64,000 bases of DNA, from positions 448,001-512,000 of the forward strand of contig CAWFGE010000023.1 of NCBI GenBank assembly GCA_963815195.1, in the 5' to 3' direction. The position numbers were made by a program, and so were the translations under genes. This stretch comes from an uncultured Planctomycetaceae bacterium. GTDB taxonomy: Bacteria > Planctomycetota > Planctomycetia > Planctomycetales > Planctomycetaceae. Under the pieces are notes generated by a model that did no database searches, was not told the origin of the DNA, and worked only from the letters and a program-made list of their open reading frames with translations. Each line of letters opens with the position of its first letter. Position 1 is the first letter of the stretch. Positions 1-11,561 of the stretch are shown here, piece after piece.

Positions 1-1
1 G

Positions 2-2746
2 CCGCCTTATATCTGGCGGCTCGAAGACACGACGGGCGACGGCGTCGCGGACCAGCGGGACATCATCGTCAGCCAGTTCGGTTATTCCGGGAACGCCGCG
101 AGCATCCACGGCTGCTTTTTCGGTCCCGACGGCCGGCTGTATTGGTGCGACGGCTATCACGGCCACGAGTTCCGCGATAAAACCGGGGCGATCACCAGCC
201 AACGGGAAGGCTCCTACATCTTCTCCTGCCGGCCCGACGGCTCGGACGTGCGCCTGCACTGCGGCGGGGGAATGGACAATCCCGTCGAAGTGGATTTCAC
301 CGCGGAAGGCGATGTCCTCGGCACCGTCAACATTCTCTACACCCGGCCGCGCGTGGACTGCTTCGTGCATTGGCTTCACGGCGGGGCCTATCCGCACCGC
401 GAGCGCGTGCTCAAGGAGATCAAAACCACCGGCGATCTGCTCGGTCCCGTGCACCGGTTTGGGCACGTCGCCACCTCGGGAACGCTGCGGTATCGAAGCG
501 GGGCCCTCGACCATCGTTGGCAGGACAACTTCTTCGCGACGTTCTTTAACAGCGGCAAAGTCGTCCGGCTGGAACTTGCCAAAAAAGGTTCGACCTATCG
601 CGCGACCCAGCGCGAGTTTCTCTCCTGCGATTCGCGGGACTTTCATCCCACGGACGTCATCGAAGACGCCGACGGGAGTTTGCTCGTCGTCGATACCGGC
701 GGCTGGTTCTACCGCGGCTGCCCCACGTCGCAGCTTTCGAAGCCCGAAATCCTCGGTGCCATTTATCGCATCCGCCGCCAGGGCATGACGCCGCTGGTCG
801 ATCCCTGGGGAAAGCGAATCGATTGGGCCCAGCTCACGAACGAGCAACTCGCCCGCCTGCTCAACGACAGCCGGTATCAAGTCCGCGAGCACGCGGTCGA
901 GGAATGCGTGAAACGTGCTGCGACAATCATTCCCACCCTGACGCGCGCGATCCAGCGCCGCGATGTGCGGGAACGGCTCGGCTCCGTTTGGGCCTTGACC
1001 CGCATGCTCGGGAAAAACGCGGGGGCCCAAGACGAGATCCAAACCGCCATTCGGCTGGCGCTCAACGATCGATTAAATTCCATCCGCCAGGCCGCTTGCC
1101 GAAGCCTGGCGACGTATCCCGATCCCCGGGCGTTTCCGAAACTCGCGGAGCTGATCGCGCATGATGAACCCGCGATCCGCCGCGAAGCCGCCAAGGCGCT
1201 CGGCCGCTTGGGGGATGCCAAAGCGGTTCCCGTGCTGCTCGACGCCTTGTCCCATCCGATGGACCGCTCGGAAGAACACGCCGTGATTTATGCTTTGATC
1301 GAGCTCGGCGACGTGGATCAAATCACCAAAGGCCTCGAATCTCCCTCGGCCCCCATTCAGCGCGGAGCCTTGATCGCCGTTCAGCAGCTTGATCCGATGC
1401 GGCTGAAACTGAAACAGGTCGCACCGCTCTTGGAGACCGAAGACAAAACGCTCAGCCGGACCGTGCTGGGAATTTATCAGCAACACGCCGGCGATCCCGA
1501 GTGGGCGAACTCCGCGGCGGCGGCTTTGCAAAAATGGCTCGCCAAGAGCGACGCCAACAAAAGCCGGGCGCAAACCGTGCAAGGTTTGATCCAGACCTTC
1601 GCCTCGCAGGAACCGGTGGCGAAGCTCCTCGGACAAAAGTTGCGAGAGGCGGAGCTTTCGGGTGAACCGCAAATGCAAATCCTCGAGGCGCTCGCAGGCG
1701 GGAATCGGCTGCCTTTCTATGAAACCTGGACGGCTCCATTGGAAGCGGGACTGAAGTCCCAGGATGCGGCGGTTGTTCAGAAAACAATCGCCGCCGTCGC
1801 CGCCATCGAGACCGCGCGGTTCAATGAGCCTTTGAATCAGCTTGGCCAGGACGCTCGCCGATCGCCGGTGTTAAGAGTGCTCGCGATCGAGGCGGCCGCG
1901 GGGCGGGACAGTCGGCTGTCGAAGCCCGCTTTTGATTTGCTCGTCCGCATCATTCGCGACGGCGGCGAGTCGAAAGAGCTTTCCCGGGCGGTGCAGTTGG
2001 TCGGCGGCGCCTCGTTGACAAAAGAGCAACTCTTGGCGCTGGCTCCGCTATTGAAAACCGCGGGGCCGGTGGCGATACAGAATCTGGTCTCGGCCTTCGA
2101 GCGCAGCGGCGACCACGAAGTGGCCGAGGCTTTCTTGCAATCGATGGAGCAGAGCCGGGCCTTGTTGAGCGTGCCGACGCCTCAACTTTCCGACGTCATC
2201 AAGCGGTACCCTGCGGACTTGCGCGGCCGGGGCAACGCCCTTTTGGATCGGCTGAAAGAAGAGGAGCAACAGCGGCTGGCGAGGCTCGATCAATTGTTGC
2301 CGCGATTGAAGGCAGGCGACGCCGAGCGCGGCCGGGAGTTGTTCTTCGCGGAGAAGTCCAAGTGCGCGACCTGCCATCGCGTGGGCGAGAAGGGCGGCCG
2401 CATCGGTCCCGACCTGACGACGATCGGAGCCAACCGTTCGCCCGCGGATTTGCTGGAGTCGATCGTGTTTCCCTCGGCGACTTTGGTCAGAGACTATCAG
2501 CCCTATACGGTCCTCACCACCCAAGGCCAAACCATGACGGGCCTGGTCGTGCGCGACACGGGCGATGAAATCTGGCTGCAGCAACAACTCGGCGAGCCGG
2601 TCCGCCTGGCCCGCGGGCAGATCGAAGTCATGCAGCCCAGCACCGTGTCCATCATGCCCAACGGACTCGAAAAAACGCTCACCGAAGCCGAGCTCGCAGA
2701 CGTGATCGCGTATCTGGAGAGCCTGAAAGCCAACAGGAGCGAGTAG
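2..2746 (+). CDS. PVC-type heme-binding CxxCH protein (beta-propeller/dehydrogenase-like N-terminus, HEAT repeats, C-terminal cytochrome c); 5' end lies outside the window
   Basis: Frame open from base 2 (PPYIWRLEDTTGDGVAD...FGPDGRLYW); FHPTDVIEDADGSLLVVDTGGW; HEAT-like repeats; CATCH heme motif followed by IGPDL and SIMPNGLE. Confidence 0.9.
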   Translation, partial: PPYIWRLEDTTGDGVADQRDIIVSQFGYSGNAASIHGCFFGPDGRLYWCDGYHGHEFRDKTGAITSQREGSYIFSCRPDGSDVRLHCGGGMDNPVEVDFTAEGDVLGTVNILYTRPRVDCFVHWLHGGAYPHRERVLKEIKTTGDLLGPVHRFGHVATSGTLRYRSGALDHRWQDNFFATFFNSGKVVRLELAKKGSTYRATQREFLSCDSRDFHPTDVIEDADGSLLVVDTGGWFYRGCPTSQLSKPEILGAIYRIRRQGMTPLVDPWGKRIDWAQLTNEQLARLLNDSRYQVREHAVEECVKRAATIIPTLTRAIQRRDVRERLGSVWALTRMLGKNAGAQDEIQTAIRLALNDRLNSIRQAACRSLATYPDPRAFPKLAELIAHDEPAIRREAAKALGRLGDAKAVPVLLDALSHPMDRSEEHAVIYALIELGDVDQITKGLESPSAPIQRGALIAVQQLDPMRLKLKQVAPLLETEDKTLSRTVLGIYQQHAGDPEWANSAAAALQKWLAKSDANKSRAQTVQGLIQTFASQEPVAKLLGQKLREAELSGEPQMQILEALAGGNRLPFYETWTAPLEAGLKSQDAAVVQKTIAAVAAIETARFNEPLNQLGQDARRSPVLRVLAIEAAAGRDSRLSKPAFDLLVRIIRDGGESKELSRAVQLVGGASLTKEQLLALAPLLKTAGPVAIQNLVSAFERSGDHEVAEAFLQSMEQSRALLSVPTPQLSDVIKRYPADLRGRGNALLDRLKEEEQQRLARLDQLLPRLKAGDAERGRELFFAEKSKCATCHRVGEKGGRIGPDLTTIGANRSPADLLESIVFPSATLVRDYQPYTVLTTQGQTMTGLVVRDTGDEIWLQQQLGEPVRLARGQIEVMQPSTVSIMPNGLEKTLTEAELADVIAYLESLKANRSE

Positions 2747-2756
2747 CGATCGCAAA

Positions 2757-2931
2757 GAGCCGCGCACGAAGTAAGCGGACGGCGCTATACCGAGAGGAGC
2801 CGCGCACGAAGTAAGCGGACGGCGCTATACCGAGAGGAGCCGCGCACGAAGTAAGCGGTAGCGTTTCCGCTTACTTCGTGCGCGGCTCTTTGCAGGCAAT
2901 CCCGCTATCCCGCTTACTGCGTGCGCGGCTC
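2757..2931. repeat. REP/BIME-like cluster: three direct copies of GAGCCGCGCACGAAGTAAGCGG (40-bp period) plus two inverted copies
   Basis: Direct copies at 2757, 2797, 2837; inverted copies at 2867-2888 and 2910-2931 (one mismatch); lies between convergent genes. Confidence 0.9.
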
Positions 2932-4900
2932 TATTCATACTCCTGGTAGGATTTCTCTTCGACGATCCTGGACCCCAAGAGCGTGTTGATCTCCCGCTTG
3001 AGCTGCGCCCGGCGGTCGTTGGTGCGATACACGGCGCGGGCGAGTTCGATAAATTCCTCGCCAAAGTTCTGGTCGCGTTCGCAGTCGCGGATGTCGTCTT
3101 CGATGTCCCAGAGCTTCTGGTTGACTTCTCTAAGCGAGACGGTCAAAGCGTCCAACTCGGCCGAAGCCGGAAGATGCCGCCGCCGGGTTTCCTTCAGGAC
3201 TTCGAGTTCCGTGCGGACGTGGCGGAGCTTGTCGTCATCGGCGATCCGCTCCGCTTTGATTTCCAGAATCGTGATTTTGTCAACGAGTTCGCCCGGTGCG
3301 ATTTCGGCTTGGAGCGAAGGGATCTGAGTTTCTGATTTTTCTTTTAGGCCATAGAGTTTCGGCGCGGGGGCAGCGAGTTGGGTTTGCAGTTCGGCCGCCA
3401 TCTCGGCGAAGACGCCGTCCCAGTCGCCGAGCGCTTTCTGCCGAAACAGCCGCATCGTCGGATACCAGGGGCAGTCGCTGCGGTTTCTGAGCCAACGCCA
3501 ATCGGCCGCCGTCGACAGGGGCAGCCAGGCCGGCCGGCCCAATGCGCCTGCGAGATGATTGACCGACGTGTCGCAGGCGATGATCAAATCCAGATGCTGC
3601 ATGACGGCGGCGGTGTCCGTGAACGCTCCGCCCGACGCATCGAGGCCGTCCAGAATCACCACGGGCACGTCGGACTTCATCTCCTCGAGTTGCTCGGCTC
3701 CGTGATTTTTTTGCAGGCTGACCAGCGTGACGTGGGGCAGGTTCGCAATCGCGGCGAAATGTTTGAGGGGAATCGACCGGAGCTTGTCGCCGCGAAACGT
3801 GGGACTGCCCTGCCAACTGATGCCGATTTTGAAACCGTCCAGCGCATCGATTCTCGATTTCCAAAGCTCCACGTTCGCGGGATCGGGAAACACATAGGGC
3901 ACGGTCTTGGGGCAGTTCTCGCCGGTGATGTTCAAGAGGCCCGGAAGACTCAACAGCGGGATATGCAAGTCGAACGTGATCGCGCCTGGCTCATCGATGG
4001 GGAACCATTCATCGATGCCTTCGCAGCGGCTGAGGAGTTTTTGGAGCGGTTTTTGACAAGCGAAGACGATCCGCGCGCCTTGGGACTTGAGCAGCGGAAT
4101 CAGCCGGATGAATTGCAGCACATCGCCCATGCCCTGCTCGGTGTGGATGAGCAAGCCGCGGCCGTCCAGCGGCGAACCGTCCCATTGCGGGCGCGGATCG
4201 GCGGCCGTTGGGTCTGGCCGGTGCGGAACCGCCATTCGTATTCCACCCAGCCGTCGTGATACCGCTCCTCGGCCAGCCACGCGAGCGCCCGGTTGAAGTG
4301 CGCATGCGGGTTGCCCGGTTGGAGCCGGAGGGTGGCTTCATATTGCCGGAGGGCTTCGTCGCAGCGGCCGACCTGGTTAAAGCAAATTCCCAGATAGTTG
4401 TGCGCGAGCACCAGATCGGGCCGATAGGCGAGCGCTTTTTCGAGTGCGGGAATCGCATCGAGCTGCCGCTCTTCCTTGCAGGCCACCAGGCCGAGCGTTT
4501 GCCAGGCGAGGGCGTTGTCCGGCTGCTTTTCGACGACCGACTGCGCGAGTTCCCGCGCCTCGACCAGCCGGTTGAGTTCCCAGTGGATCAGGCTCAAATG
4601 CGCGCGGGCCGGCAGGTGCTCGGAATTGAGTTCGAGCGATTTGCGAAACGCGGTTTCGGCCTCGGCAATGCGGGCGGCATCGATCAGCGCCGAACCCAGC
4701 TCCGCATGGGCGTCGGCGGAAACGTCGCGGCGGCCCTGCTGCTCCAACAGCACCGCCATCCCATGCCAGGCCCCGATGTGGCGCTTCTCGGCGTCGAGCA
4801 CCTGCCGGTAAAGGGTTTCCGCTTCCGCAAGTTGCCCGTTTTGGTGATGCTGCCCCGCCGCCTGAAAAATTGCTTGCACGTTCGCGCCTGCAGAGTTCAC
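2931..4900 (-). CDS. TPR-repeat protein with GT9-like glycosyltransferase domain and C-terminal DUF6165-like domain; apparent frameshift near 4200
   Basis: ORF 4100..4900 has TPRs ending GWVEYEWRF; it continues in ORF 2931..4280 as PQWDG...EQGMGD...DTSVNHLAGALG...DWRWL...PWYPTMRLFRQ; the tail is GELVDKITILEIK...LWDIEDDIR...ARAVYRTNDRRA...EEKSY. Confidence 0.8.
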
Positions 4901-4974
4901 GAAGAAGCCTCCCGGAGATTAGAGCGTTAAGGACCGCACGAACAGCAGCTTATCTTCTCAAACTGTAAGCCTTT

Positions 4975-5115
4975 GGATGGCTGGGCGCAAATTCCCCTTG
5001 GAGTAAGGCTGGAACTGTGAATGCTGGGGCTATGGCCGAGCGAGAAAACTTTCACACGGCCCCAGACCTCAAATCTGCTTTTTCCTTGGAACATTCCATT
5101 GCGCCCCAGCCACCC
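4975..5115. repeat. REP-like palindromic element (GGGTGGCTGGGGCGCA...TGCGCCCCAGCCACCC family)
   Basis: Imperfect terminal inverted repeats and internal CTGGGGCTATGG/CCCCAG; same layout recurs at 28933-29075. Confidence 0.7.
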
Positions 5116-5325
5116 CCTGCACTTTCGACTTACAGTCTGAGTTATCTTCTTTCGATTCGAAGGTTCGATTCGAAGGTTCGATTCGTGGACATCACAGTTT
5201 GTCTTAGCCGCTTCGCGGCTCAGGAATTCCCAACAGATTCACGTCCAAAAATCGTTTGGGTGATGAAGCTCGTGAGCGATGAGACTTCTGAACGATGAAA
5301 CAGGATATTTATTTCTCGATCCATC

Positions 5326-5985
5326 CTAACGATTGGGGTCCGTGTTTCGCAGCGGCAGGGAGAGATGGCGGCGGATTTCGTTTTGGACTTCGGGAATCAT
5401 TCCCGTGCCGTCCACTTCGACGACCAACTCCTTGCGACGGAAGCGTTCGAGCATAGGCTGGGTTTTGGAGTGATAATCGCGGAGCCGATTTGCCAGGGCT
5501 TCTTCGGTGTCGTCGGGCCGGCTGACCAACTTCCCGCCGCACACGTCGCAGGTTTCGGGAACCTTGGGGCGGTGGTGGATCAGGTTGTAATCCAGGCCGC
5601 AAAAGCTGCATAGCCGGCGGGAGAGCACGCGTTCGCGGACGGCCTCGTCCGGCAGCGTGATGTGAATGACGGCGTCGATGTCGTAGCTTTCCAGAAAGAA
5701 CGCGGCCTGCGTGGAGTTTCTGGGGAAGCCGTCGAGAATGAAGCCGAAGTTCCAGTCGTGCTCTTTCAGCCTCCAGATGATGATTTCCTCGACGACCTCA
5801 TCGCCGACGAGTTCGCCGTTGTCGATGGTCCGCCGCACGCGGGCCCCGAGCTTGGTGTGGTTTTCGATGTGCCAGCGAAAGATTTCGCCCACGCTGATGT
5901 GGACCAGGTCGAGGTCGTCTTTGAGCATGCGGGCCTGCGTGCCTTTGCCGCAGCCTTGCACGCCCATGATGATGTATTTGTGCAT
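5326..5985 (-). CDS. adk: Adenylate kinase with Zn-binding lid
   Basis: GVQGCGKGTQA P-loop, HISVGEIFR, GFILDGFPR, lid CSFC...CDVC, RPDD. Confidence 0.92.
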   Translation of the reverse strand: MHKYIIMGVQGCGKGTQARMLKDDLDLVHISVGEIFRWHIENHTKLGARVRRTIDNGELVGDEVVEEIIIWRLKEHDWNFGFILDGFPRNSTQAAFFLESYDIDAVIHITLPDEAVRERVLSRRLCSFCGLDYNLIHHRPKVPETCDVCGGKLVSRPDDTEEALANRLRDYHSKTQPMLERFRRKELVVEVDGTGMIPEVQNEIRRHLSLPLRNTDPNR

Positions 5986-6040
5986 GCCGACGCCTCTGAA
6001 TCGCATTTGCGAAAAAACGAACCGAGTTCCATCCGCGGTA

Positions 6041-9000
6041 TCAAGATGGCTTTCCAGAATCTGACCCAGCGAACCACGGATAGATAGCCGGTACGACCAG
6101 GGAGGTCAAGAGCGTGCTCGTGATCAGGCCGCCGATAACGACCGTCGCCAGCGGGCGCTGCATCTCGGCCCCGTCGCCGTGCGAGAGAGCCATCGGCAAG
6201 AATCCCAGGCTGGCGACCATTGCGGTCATCAAAACAGGCCGCAACCGGACCAGCGCGGTTTGATGCGGGACTTCGTGAATCTCGACGCCTTCCTGCCTAA
6301 GATGCTCCGCCGCGCTGACCCACACCAATCCGTTCAAGACCGCCACCCCGAACAGGGCGATAAACCCAACGCCCGCGGAGATGCTGAACGGCATGTCCCG
6401 GAGTGCGAGGGCAAAAATCCCTCCGGTTGCGGCCATCGGGACGGCAAAAAAGATCAACAGCGCCAGCCGCGCCGATCCAAACGTGGTGTGCAGCAGGAGA
6501 AAAATCACGAGCAAAACAATCGGCGTGATGATCGCCAACCGGCGGGAGGCCGATTGCAGGTTCTCAAAATCGCCGCCCCAACGGATTTCAAAGCCCGGCG
6601 GCAAGTCCACTTCTTTCTCCACCGCCCGGCGGGCCTCGGCCACGAATGTCGCCACGTCCCGGCCGCGGACGTTCGCCTGCACGTACGTTCGGCGGCGGTT
6701 GGATTCGTGCTCGATCGAAGGCGGCGTCTCCTCGTAGCGAATCGTCGCCAGTTCCTTGAGCGGCACCGACTTGTCGCCCGATTGGAATACGGGAAGCTGC
6801 TCGAGCAGATACACGTTTTCCCGCCAGGGTTCCGGGATGCGGACCCGGATCGGAAACCGCCGGGCCTCGTCGAACACCAGACCCACATCATGCCCGCCCA
6901 GGGAACTCACGACATCCATCACCCGCGACGCATCGACGCCGTAGAGGGCGAGTTGCTCGGGACGCGGCTCGATCCGCAGCGTCGTGAGGTTCGCCTGATA
7001 GTCCGCTTTCACGTCGGCCGCGCCGGGGATTTTTTTGAGGACCTGCTCGATCTGGCCGGCTTTCTTGTTGAGGACTTCGAGCTCGTTGCCGTAGAGCAGC
7101 ACGGCCACGTCCGCTTTCACGCCCGCGACCAGTTCATCGACGCGCATCTCGATCGGCTGCGTAAATCCGAACACGACGCCGGGGACGTTCTCGTTGAGGA
7201 GCTTCGAGATTTCTTCGATCAAATCCTCGCGGGTCTTGCCGTCGGGCCATTCATCGTGATGTTTGAGGATCACCCACACGTCGGTCTGGTGCACGCCCAT
7301 CACATCGTTGGCGATTTCGGGCCGGCCGGTTTTGCAGAAGACGGTTTTGACTTCGGGCAGGTCGCGGAGCAATGTTTCAATCTGCGTCGACATCGTCAGC
7401 GAATCTTCCAGCGAAGCGCTCGGCAGACGCACGGCTTCGATCAACAGGTCGCCTTCCTCCAACCGCGGCATGAACTCGGCCCCCAGATACAGCCCGACCG
7501 GAATGCTCGCCGCGAACAAACCGACCGCGACCAGCGTCGTGCGGATCGGATGGGCGATCGTCCGCGTGACCAGCGGATCGTAAACCTTTTTAATCATGCG
7601 GATCAGCCAGACTTCTTTTTCCTCCATCCGCTTGGGGAGCGCGAGCGACGCCAAGGCCGGCATCAGCGTGAGCGAAAGCACCAGCGAACCGGCCAAAGCG
7701 AACAAAACCGTCAAGGCCATCGGGCGGAACAGTTTGCCCTCCGTACCCTGAAGCGCGAGGATCGGCACGTACACCACGGCGATGATCAGCTCGCCGAACA
7801 TCGTGGGTTTGCGGACTTCGATCGCGGCATCGCGGATGACTTCGTTATGCGGCCGGCCTTCGTGGTTTTCCGAGACCCGGCGAATGCAGTTCTCGACCAT
7901 AATCACCGAGCTGTCGACGATCAGCCCGAAGTCGATCGCCCCCAGGCTCATCAGGCTCGCCGTGATGCCCGTGGCCCACATCATGTTCGTCGCGAACAGC
8001 ATCGAGAGCGGAATGGCCAAAGCCACCACCACGCCCGCGCGAAAACTGCCCAGCATGAATAACAGCACGATGATCACGAGCGCCCCGCCTTCGGTGAGGT
8101 TCTTGAGCACCGTGTGGAGCGTGCGGCTGATGAGGGCGGTGCGGTCGTAAGTGATGTCGAGCGAAACCCCCGGGGGCAAGGTCTTTTCGATGTCCTCCAA
8201 ACGGGCTTTGGCGTTTTGCACGACTTCGCGGGAGTTGGCTCCGATGAGCATCATCACCAGCCCCGTGACCGCTTCGCCGCGGCCGTCGCGGGTGACGGCT
8301 CCCTGACGGGTCATGGGGGCGATGACCACGTCGGCCACGTCGCCGAGCAGAATCGGCGTTTCGCCGTCGACGGAATGCACGACGATCTGCCGGAGGTCGC
8401 CTTCGCTTTTCACGAGCGATTGGCCGCGGATGAACTGCTGCTCGCCGTGATGCACCACATACCCACCGCCCGCGGTGACGTTGTTGTTTTCGAGCCTTTG
8501 AAACAGATCGGCCAGAGAGATTCCATAACTCGCGAGGCGGTCGGGGTTGGGGCGGACTTCGTAGGTTTTATAAAACCCGCCGTGGGTGTTGATTTCCGTA
8601 ACGCCGGCAACTTCGCGGAGACGGGCGCGATGTCCCAATCCAGAATCGTGCGGAGCTCCATCGGCGTGTAGCCTTCGCCTTTAACTTCAAACTGCAGGAT
8701 TTCGCCGAGGGCCGTCGTCAAAGGTCCCAATTCCGGTTTGCCGTAGCCGGGCGGAATATTGGCCTCGGCCTGCGTAATGCGGTTGGCGACTTGCTGCCGG
8801 GCCCAGTAAATGTCGGTTTTTTCCTTGAACACCACCGTGACAACCGAAATCCCGAACCGGGAAATGCTGCGGACTTCCTCCACGTCCGGGAGCCCGCCCA
8901 TCGCCCATTCCACCGGGTAGGTGACATACCGCTCGACTTCGATCGGCGAGAGCGCCCCCGCATCGGTGACCACCTGGACTTGCACGTTGGTCATGTCCGG

Positions 9001-9117
9001 GACGGCGTCGATGGGCAGATTCAGCGCGGCATACATTCCGCCCATCGCCATCAAGCCGATCAACACGAACACTAAAAAGCGATTGTTGAGCGAAAGTTCA
9101 ATCAGTTTCGATAACAT
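6041..9117 (-). CDS. czcA: CusA/CzcA-family heavy-metal RND efflux transporter; apparent frameshift near 8625
   Basis: LPIDAVPDMTNVQVQV, SLGAIDFGLIVDSS, VGFIALFGVAVLNG, RLRPVLMTA; the two ORFs join at LDWDIAP/RLREVAGV. Confidence 0.9.
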
Positions 9118-9194
9118 CTTACCACCGTGCTCATTTCGTCACATTGATCTCAACAAATCCGAAATCCGGATTTCGTGCTTCGGATTTCCCTCGG

Positions 9195-10679
9195 CTATTC
9201 CTCTTCTTCCAACAGCAGTTCCGACTTTAAGAGGAACGCGCCCTTGTCCACGATTCTCTGCCCCGGTTTGAGGCCGTGCTTGACTTCGACCCACTCCGGC
9301 GTCTCCATGCCCGTGACGATATCCAACCGCTCGTACCGCCCCGTGCCCACCTCGGCGAACAGGAACGTTTTGTCCTCGTGCTTCATCAGCGAATCCGGGG
9401 AGACAGCCAGCACATCTTTGGACCCGCCCACGGGAACTTTCACCCGCACAAACATCCCCGGCCGCAATCGGCCGGCGGCGTTGTCGATCTCGGCGAACAG
9501 CGGCAAGGCGTGCGATTGCCCGGACACCTCCCGCCCGATGTAAACGACCTTGGCTTTTAAGATTTCATCCGGCAGCGCGGGCGTTTGCACGAGGACGGTG
9601 TCCCCAAGATGAATCGCGAGCGCCGACCAGTCCCCGTCGCGAATCTCGGCGTCGGCCCACAATGTTTTCGTATCGGCCACGGTCAAGAGCGATTCGCCTT
9701 GCGTGACCCGCTCGCTCGGAGCGAACAGCAACTCCTCCACGGTGCCCGCGATCGGCGAGCGCAGCTCCACGGAAGACAGGTTCCGGGACTCATCGCCCGA
9801 GAACTCCTCGTCCTCGTATCCCAACAGGGTATTGAGCTTTTGGCGGCCGATCTCCAGTTGCCTTTGGGCATTTTTGTATTCGGCCTGGGCTTGGATGGAG
9901 CTTTGCCGCGTGTCGAACAAGACCTGTTCCGACAGGGCCCGAAACGCCGCCTGGGTCATCCGCTGGTTCGCGGTCCGCTCTTGCAAGGTCTTTGTGGGAA
10001 TCACGCCTGCGCTGCGGATGGACTCGGTTCCGCTCAAGAGTTGATCCGCCAACTGATAGCGGGCATAGGCCGACATCAGCGTCTCCCGGCTTTTGCCCAA
10101 GGTCCGGGCCTTGAACGTCTTTTCCACGTCCATCACGTCCGGCGCCGTGTTGAGGACTTCGATCAAATCCTGCGTGTTGGCGACGACTTTCTGCTCCCAA
10201 TCCCAACGGCGGGACGCGAGATCCAACTTTGTCTCGAGCTGCAGGACTTCCGCCCGCGCCAGCCCGACCGCGGGGCTGTAAAACAAAGCCAACAAACCGC
10301 CCGGCTCCACGGTGTCGCCGGGCTTGACGGCCATCCGCTTGAGCATGCCGTCCGTGGGGGCCCGCAAGGCGATGTGCTTCGTCTGGTTGTACTCAAGCCG
10401 GCCGGGAATCATCCGCCAGTCCCGGAGCGGGCGAATCTCAGCCGGGGAAGCGTGCAGGTGGGCGTTTTGAAGATGGCCGGACGACATGGTGACCACCGGG
10501 TTTGGGTTGGACGAAGCATTTTCGCCGGCATCCATCGGCCCGGCGTCTTGTGGTTCGCCCGCAGGACTCCAGAACCCCGAAAGGCCGCCCCAGACCCCGA
10601 CGGTGAGCAGCACAACAATCAGCAGGCCCCCCGACAACAAAATGGGATGGCGGAGCCATTGGACGGCAGAAGATTTCAT
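9195..10679 (-). CDS. RND efflux periplasmic adaptor (CzcB/CusB-like)
   Basis: N-terminal TM segment, LRAPTDG and LRSPIAG lipoyl-like halves, coiled coil, LRPGMFV, GLKPGQRIVDKGAFLLKS; directly upstream of czcA. Confidence 0.88.
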   Translation of the reverse strand: MKSSAVQWLRHPILLSGGLLIVVLLTVGVWGGLSGFWSPAGEPQDAGPMDAGENASSNPNPVVTMSSGHLQNAHLHASPAEIRPLRDWRMIPGRLEYNQTKHIALRAPTDGMLKRMAVKPGDTVEPGGLLALFYSPAVGLARAEVLQLETKLDLASRRWDWEQKVVANTQDLIEVLNTAPDVMDVEKTFKARTLGKSRETLMSAYARYQLADQLLSGTESIRSAGVIPTKTLQERTANQRMTQAAFRALSEQVLFDTRQSSIQAQAEYKNAQRQLEIGRQKLNTLLGYEDEEFSGDESRNLSSVELRSPIAGTVEELLFAPSERVTQGESLLTVADTKTLWADAEIRDGDWSALAIHLGDTVLVQTPALPDEILKAKVVYIGREVSGQSHALPLFAEIDNAAGRLRPGMFVRVKVPVGGSKDVLAVSPDSLMKHEDKTFLFAEVGTGRYERLDIVTGMETPEWVEVKHGLKPGQRIVDKGAFLLKSELLLEEEE

Positions 10680-10814
10680 GGCAGTTGTCTCAGCAAAAAT
10701 GGCCGCGAGGCAGCAGGAAAGCCTCACATCGACTCAGGGACCGAACCGGATTAATGCGCACGGGAAAGCGGCGGCGGCTTCGATGGAAGACGAAGCGGAA
10801 CGATCAAAATCCGC

Positions 10815-11332
10815 TTAGCAACGAGCGACGCTGAGAATGTCGCAAAGCGAAATCCGCGCGGAGAATGTCTGCAGAAACTGCCGGGCGCGGGCGGCGAAGC
10901 GGTCCCGGGTGCATTCTCGAACTCTTCGCAATCCCGCTGCCACGCTTGGAAAGAGTCCGCCCACGCGAACTGCCGCTCCATGTCGAACTGCGGCGAAGAC
11001 GCGGGACCGTCCAGACACGGGCTGTGGTCTTCCGTCATCAACACGGGCAGCCGCGGTGATTCGGGATCCTTGGGGGCCTGTTGGTCGCAGCCGCCCATCT
11101 GCCACAAGAGGGCAAAATGCACATGCCACTCGGAACGGGCGGGATGCATTTTCAATCCGGGATGAAAATGCTCGAGATGCCAAGCCAAATCGCGGTCCGC
11201 GGCTTCCTCCGCCATTTCATGCCGATGCACCCAAGGCAGGGGGGCATTCCACAACGCGAGGCACACAGGCAGGAAGATCAAAGATCGAACCCACCCTGCG
11301 GCGTGCCAGGTTGTGGAGAATTTGGTCAACAT
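10815..11332 (-). CDS. His-rich hypothetical protein upstream of the metal efflux genes; likely frameshifted, probable C-terminus FLQTFSARISLCDILSVARC
   Basis: Hydrophobic N-terminal segment, then PWVHRH...WHLEHFH...WHVH; same strand as czcBA. Confidence 0.55.
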
Positions 11333-11561
11333 CGAACGATGGTGCTGGCCGGAGAAATAGGAACCCACGTTGTTTAGATATATAGTATTTCACCCGGCCC
11401 ACCCTGGGTCAAGATCCCCCTCCAAATTGAGATTCATTCCCAGGGCCGGCCTTTTTTCCGATTTTTGGAGAAAAATCGCAAATCTTATAAATCCGCGCCG
11501 CCAACGTTTCGTAAAGAGGACTACTTCCCAGATCTCTCCCCCTCAATCCAAGCGAAAACCC

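Noticed and set aside
2757..2858. CRISPR array (22-bp repeats at a regular period)
   Set aside because: The spacers are identical and only 18 bp, inverted copies follow, and there are no cas genes; it fits a REP/BIME
5017..5298. 93-aa ORF containing a 13-bp tandem repeat (5151-5185)
   Set aside because: Overlaps a REP-like element, has no recognisable motif or RBS; probably non-coding
6179..8062. Long antisense ORFs (also 9585-10754, 12050-13588, 29474-31384, 35370-36851, 40094-42094, 52962-55019, and the 473-aa ORFs in the IS)
   Set aside because: Shadow frames of recognisable genes in GC-rich DNA, with no motifs of their own
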